DNA of 64,000 nt, from assembly GCF_963921235.1 (NCBI RefSeq), contig NC_086097.1:235416001-235480000 (forward strand), in the 5' to 3' direction. Position 1 is the stretch's first letter. Each line of letters opens with the position of its first letter. Shown piece after piece: positions 62,888 to 64,000 of the stretch. This DNA is from Mobula hypostoma. Lineage: Eukaryota. The notes under the pieces were generated by a model, which saw only the letters and a program-made list of their open reading frames with translations, did not search any database and was not told the DNA's origin. Position numbers and translations under genes: made by a program.

Positions 62888-63600
62888 GAATCAGAATCAT
62901 GTTTATTATCACCGGCATGTGACAGGAAATTTGTTAACTTAGCAGCAGCAGTTCAATGCAATACATAATGTAGAAGAAAAAAATAAAATAATAAGTAAAT
63001 CAATTACAGTATGCATATATTGAATAGATAAAAAATTATGCAAAAATACCCCAGAAGTAATATACATCAAAGAACTGAGGTAGTGTTCACGGGTTCAATA
63101 CCTATTTAGGAATTGGATGGCAGAGGGAAAGAAGCTGTTCCTGAATCGCTTAGTGTGAGCCTTCAGGCTTCTGTACCTCCCACCTGATGGTAACAGTGAG
63201 AAAAGGGCATGTCCTGGGTGCTGGAGGACCTTAATAATGGACGTTATCCTTCTGAAACACCGCCCCTTGAAGATATCCTGGGTACCTTGTAGGCTGGTAC
63301 CCAAGATGGAGCCGACTAAATTTACAACCCTCTGCAGCTCCTTTCAGTCCTGTGCCGTAGCACCCCCCGCATACCGGACAGTGATGCAGCCTGTCAGAAT
63401 GCTCTCCATGGTATATCTATAGAAGTTTTTGAGTGTATTTGTTGACATACCAAATCTCTTCAAACTCCTGATGAAGTATAGTTACTGTTTTGCTGCCTTT
63501 ATAACTGTTTTGATATGTTGGGACCAGGTTAGGTCCTCAGAGATCTTGACACCTAGGAACTTGAAACTGTTCACTCTCTCCACTTCTGATCCCTCATGAT
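62888..63600 (-). mobile_element. Rex1/Babar LINE 3' end
   Basis: FKFLGVKISEDLTW and LPSGGRYRS; similar to 30735-31375. Confidence 0.9.
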
Positions 63601-63635
63601 AGCTCACCTTTGTTAGACTCTGACTGTCCGAAGAT

Positions 63636-64000
63636 AGAGAAGATGGCGGCGTTACACAGCTCGCAGCAGCCACTCCAGTGGTGATGTCTGTTATTTGTCA
63701 AGTAGGGTGCCGTGCACAATCCTGATTTGATGGAGACAGACATCAGAGTATGGAGGAACATCTGGTGAAACTTCTGAAATGCCTGTTTCGCTGCTGCTGC
63801 TACTGTGTGGTCCAGAATCTCCGGAGGGGAAGGCCCCGAGTCCTCGGCTTTGCTTGTTGCTCAGCGGCCGGGGTGGAGTCGAAGTGCTTGGCAGAGGATG
63901 GTGGTGCTCGGAGAGGCTGTGTCGGAGGGGCTGGTCGGAGGCTCGAAGATTTTGGACGGACTCAGAGTCCGTTGCGATCGGGTGCTTCCAATGGTGCTGC
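63636..64000 (+). mobile_element. GC-rich head of a non-autonomous retroposon (runs off the window end)
   Basis: Collinear similarity to 18780-19130. Confidence 0.65.

Overview
Vertebrate genomic DNA, very likely a cartilaginous fish (ray-type repeat families: CR1 LINEs with (CATAGAAA)n tails, HE1/V-SINE-like SINEs, Penelope-like elements, Rex1/Babar, RTE and Nimb/I LINEs). Most of the window is nested, decayed transposable elements, and no intact host gene can be established. The most striking part is 7.0-11.5 kb, where three intronless fragments of host mRNAs sit together: RNF213 (+, split by a Penelope insertion with a 14-bp TSD), SUDS3 (-, from its ATG) and the 3' end of SLC35B3 (-, split by an RTE insertion). 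RNF213 and SUDS3 are fused tail-to-tail at an apparent microhomology. The SLC35B3 fragment is fused through an A-run to a CR1 3' tail, and the two are inserted as one unit into a Gypsy element. Other notable items: Penelope pseudo-LTRs with hammerhead-ribozyme cores, including a near-perfect 93-bp-arm hairpin with cores on both strands; a ~4-kb purine-rich minisatellite expanded inside an LTR-like element; several internally deleted LINEs; and two low-confidence chains of candidate exons. Protein identifications come from recalled similarity to human/fish proteins, not from a database search. Boundaries of decayed elements are approximate unless a TSD is quoted.
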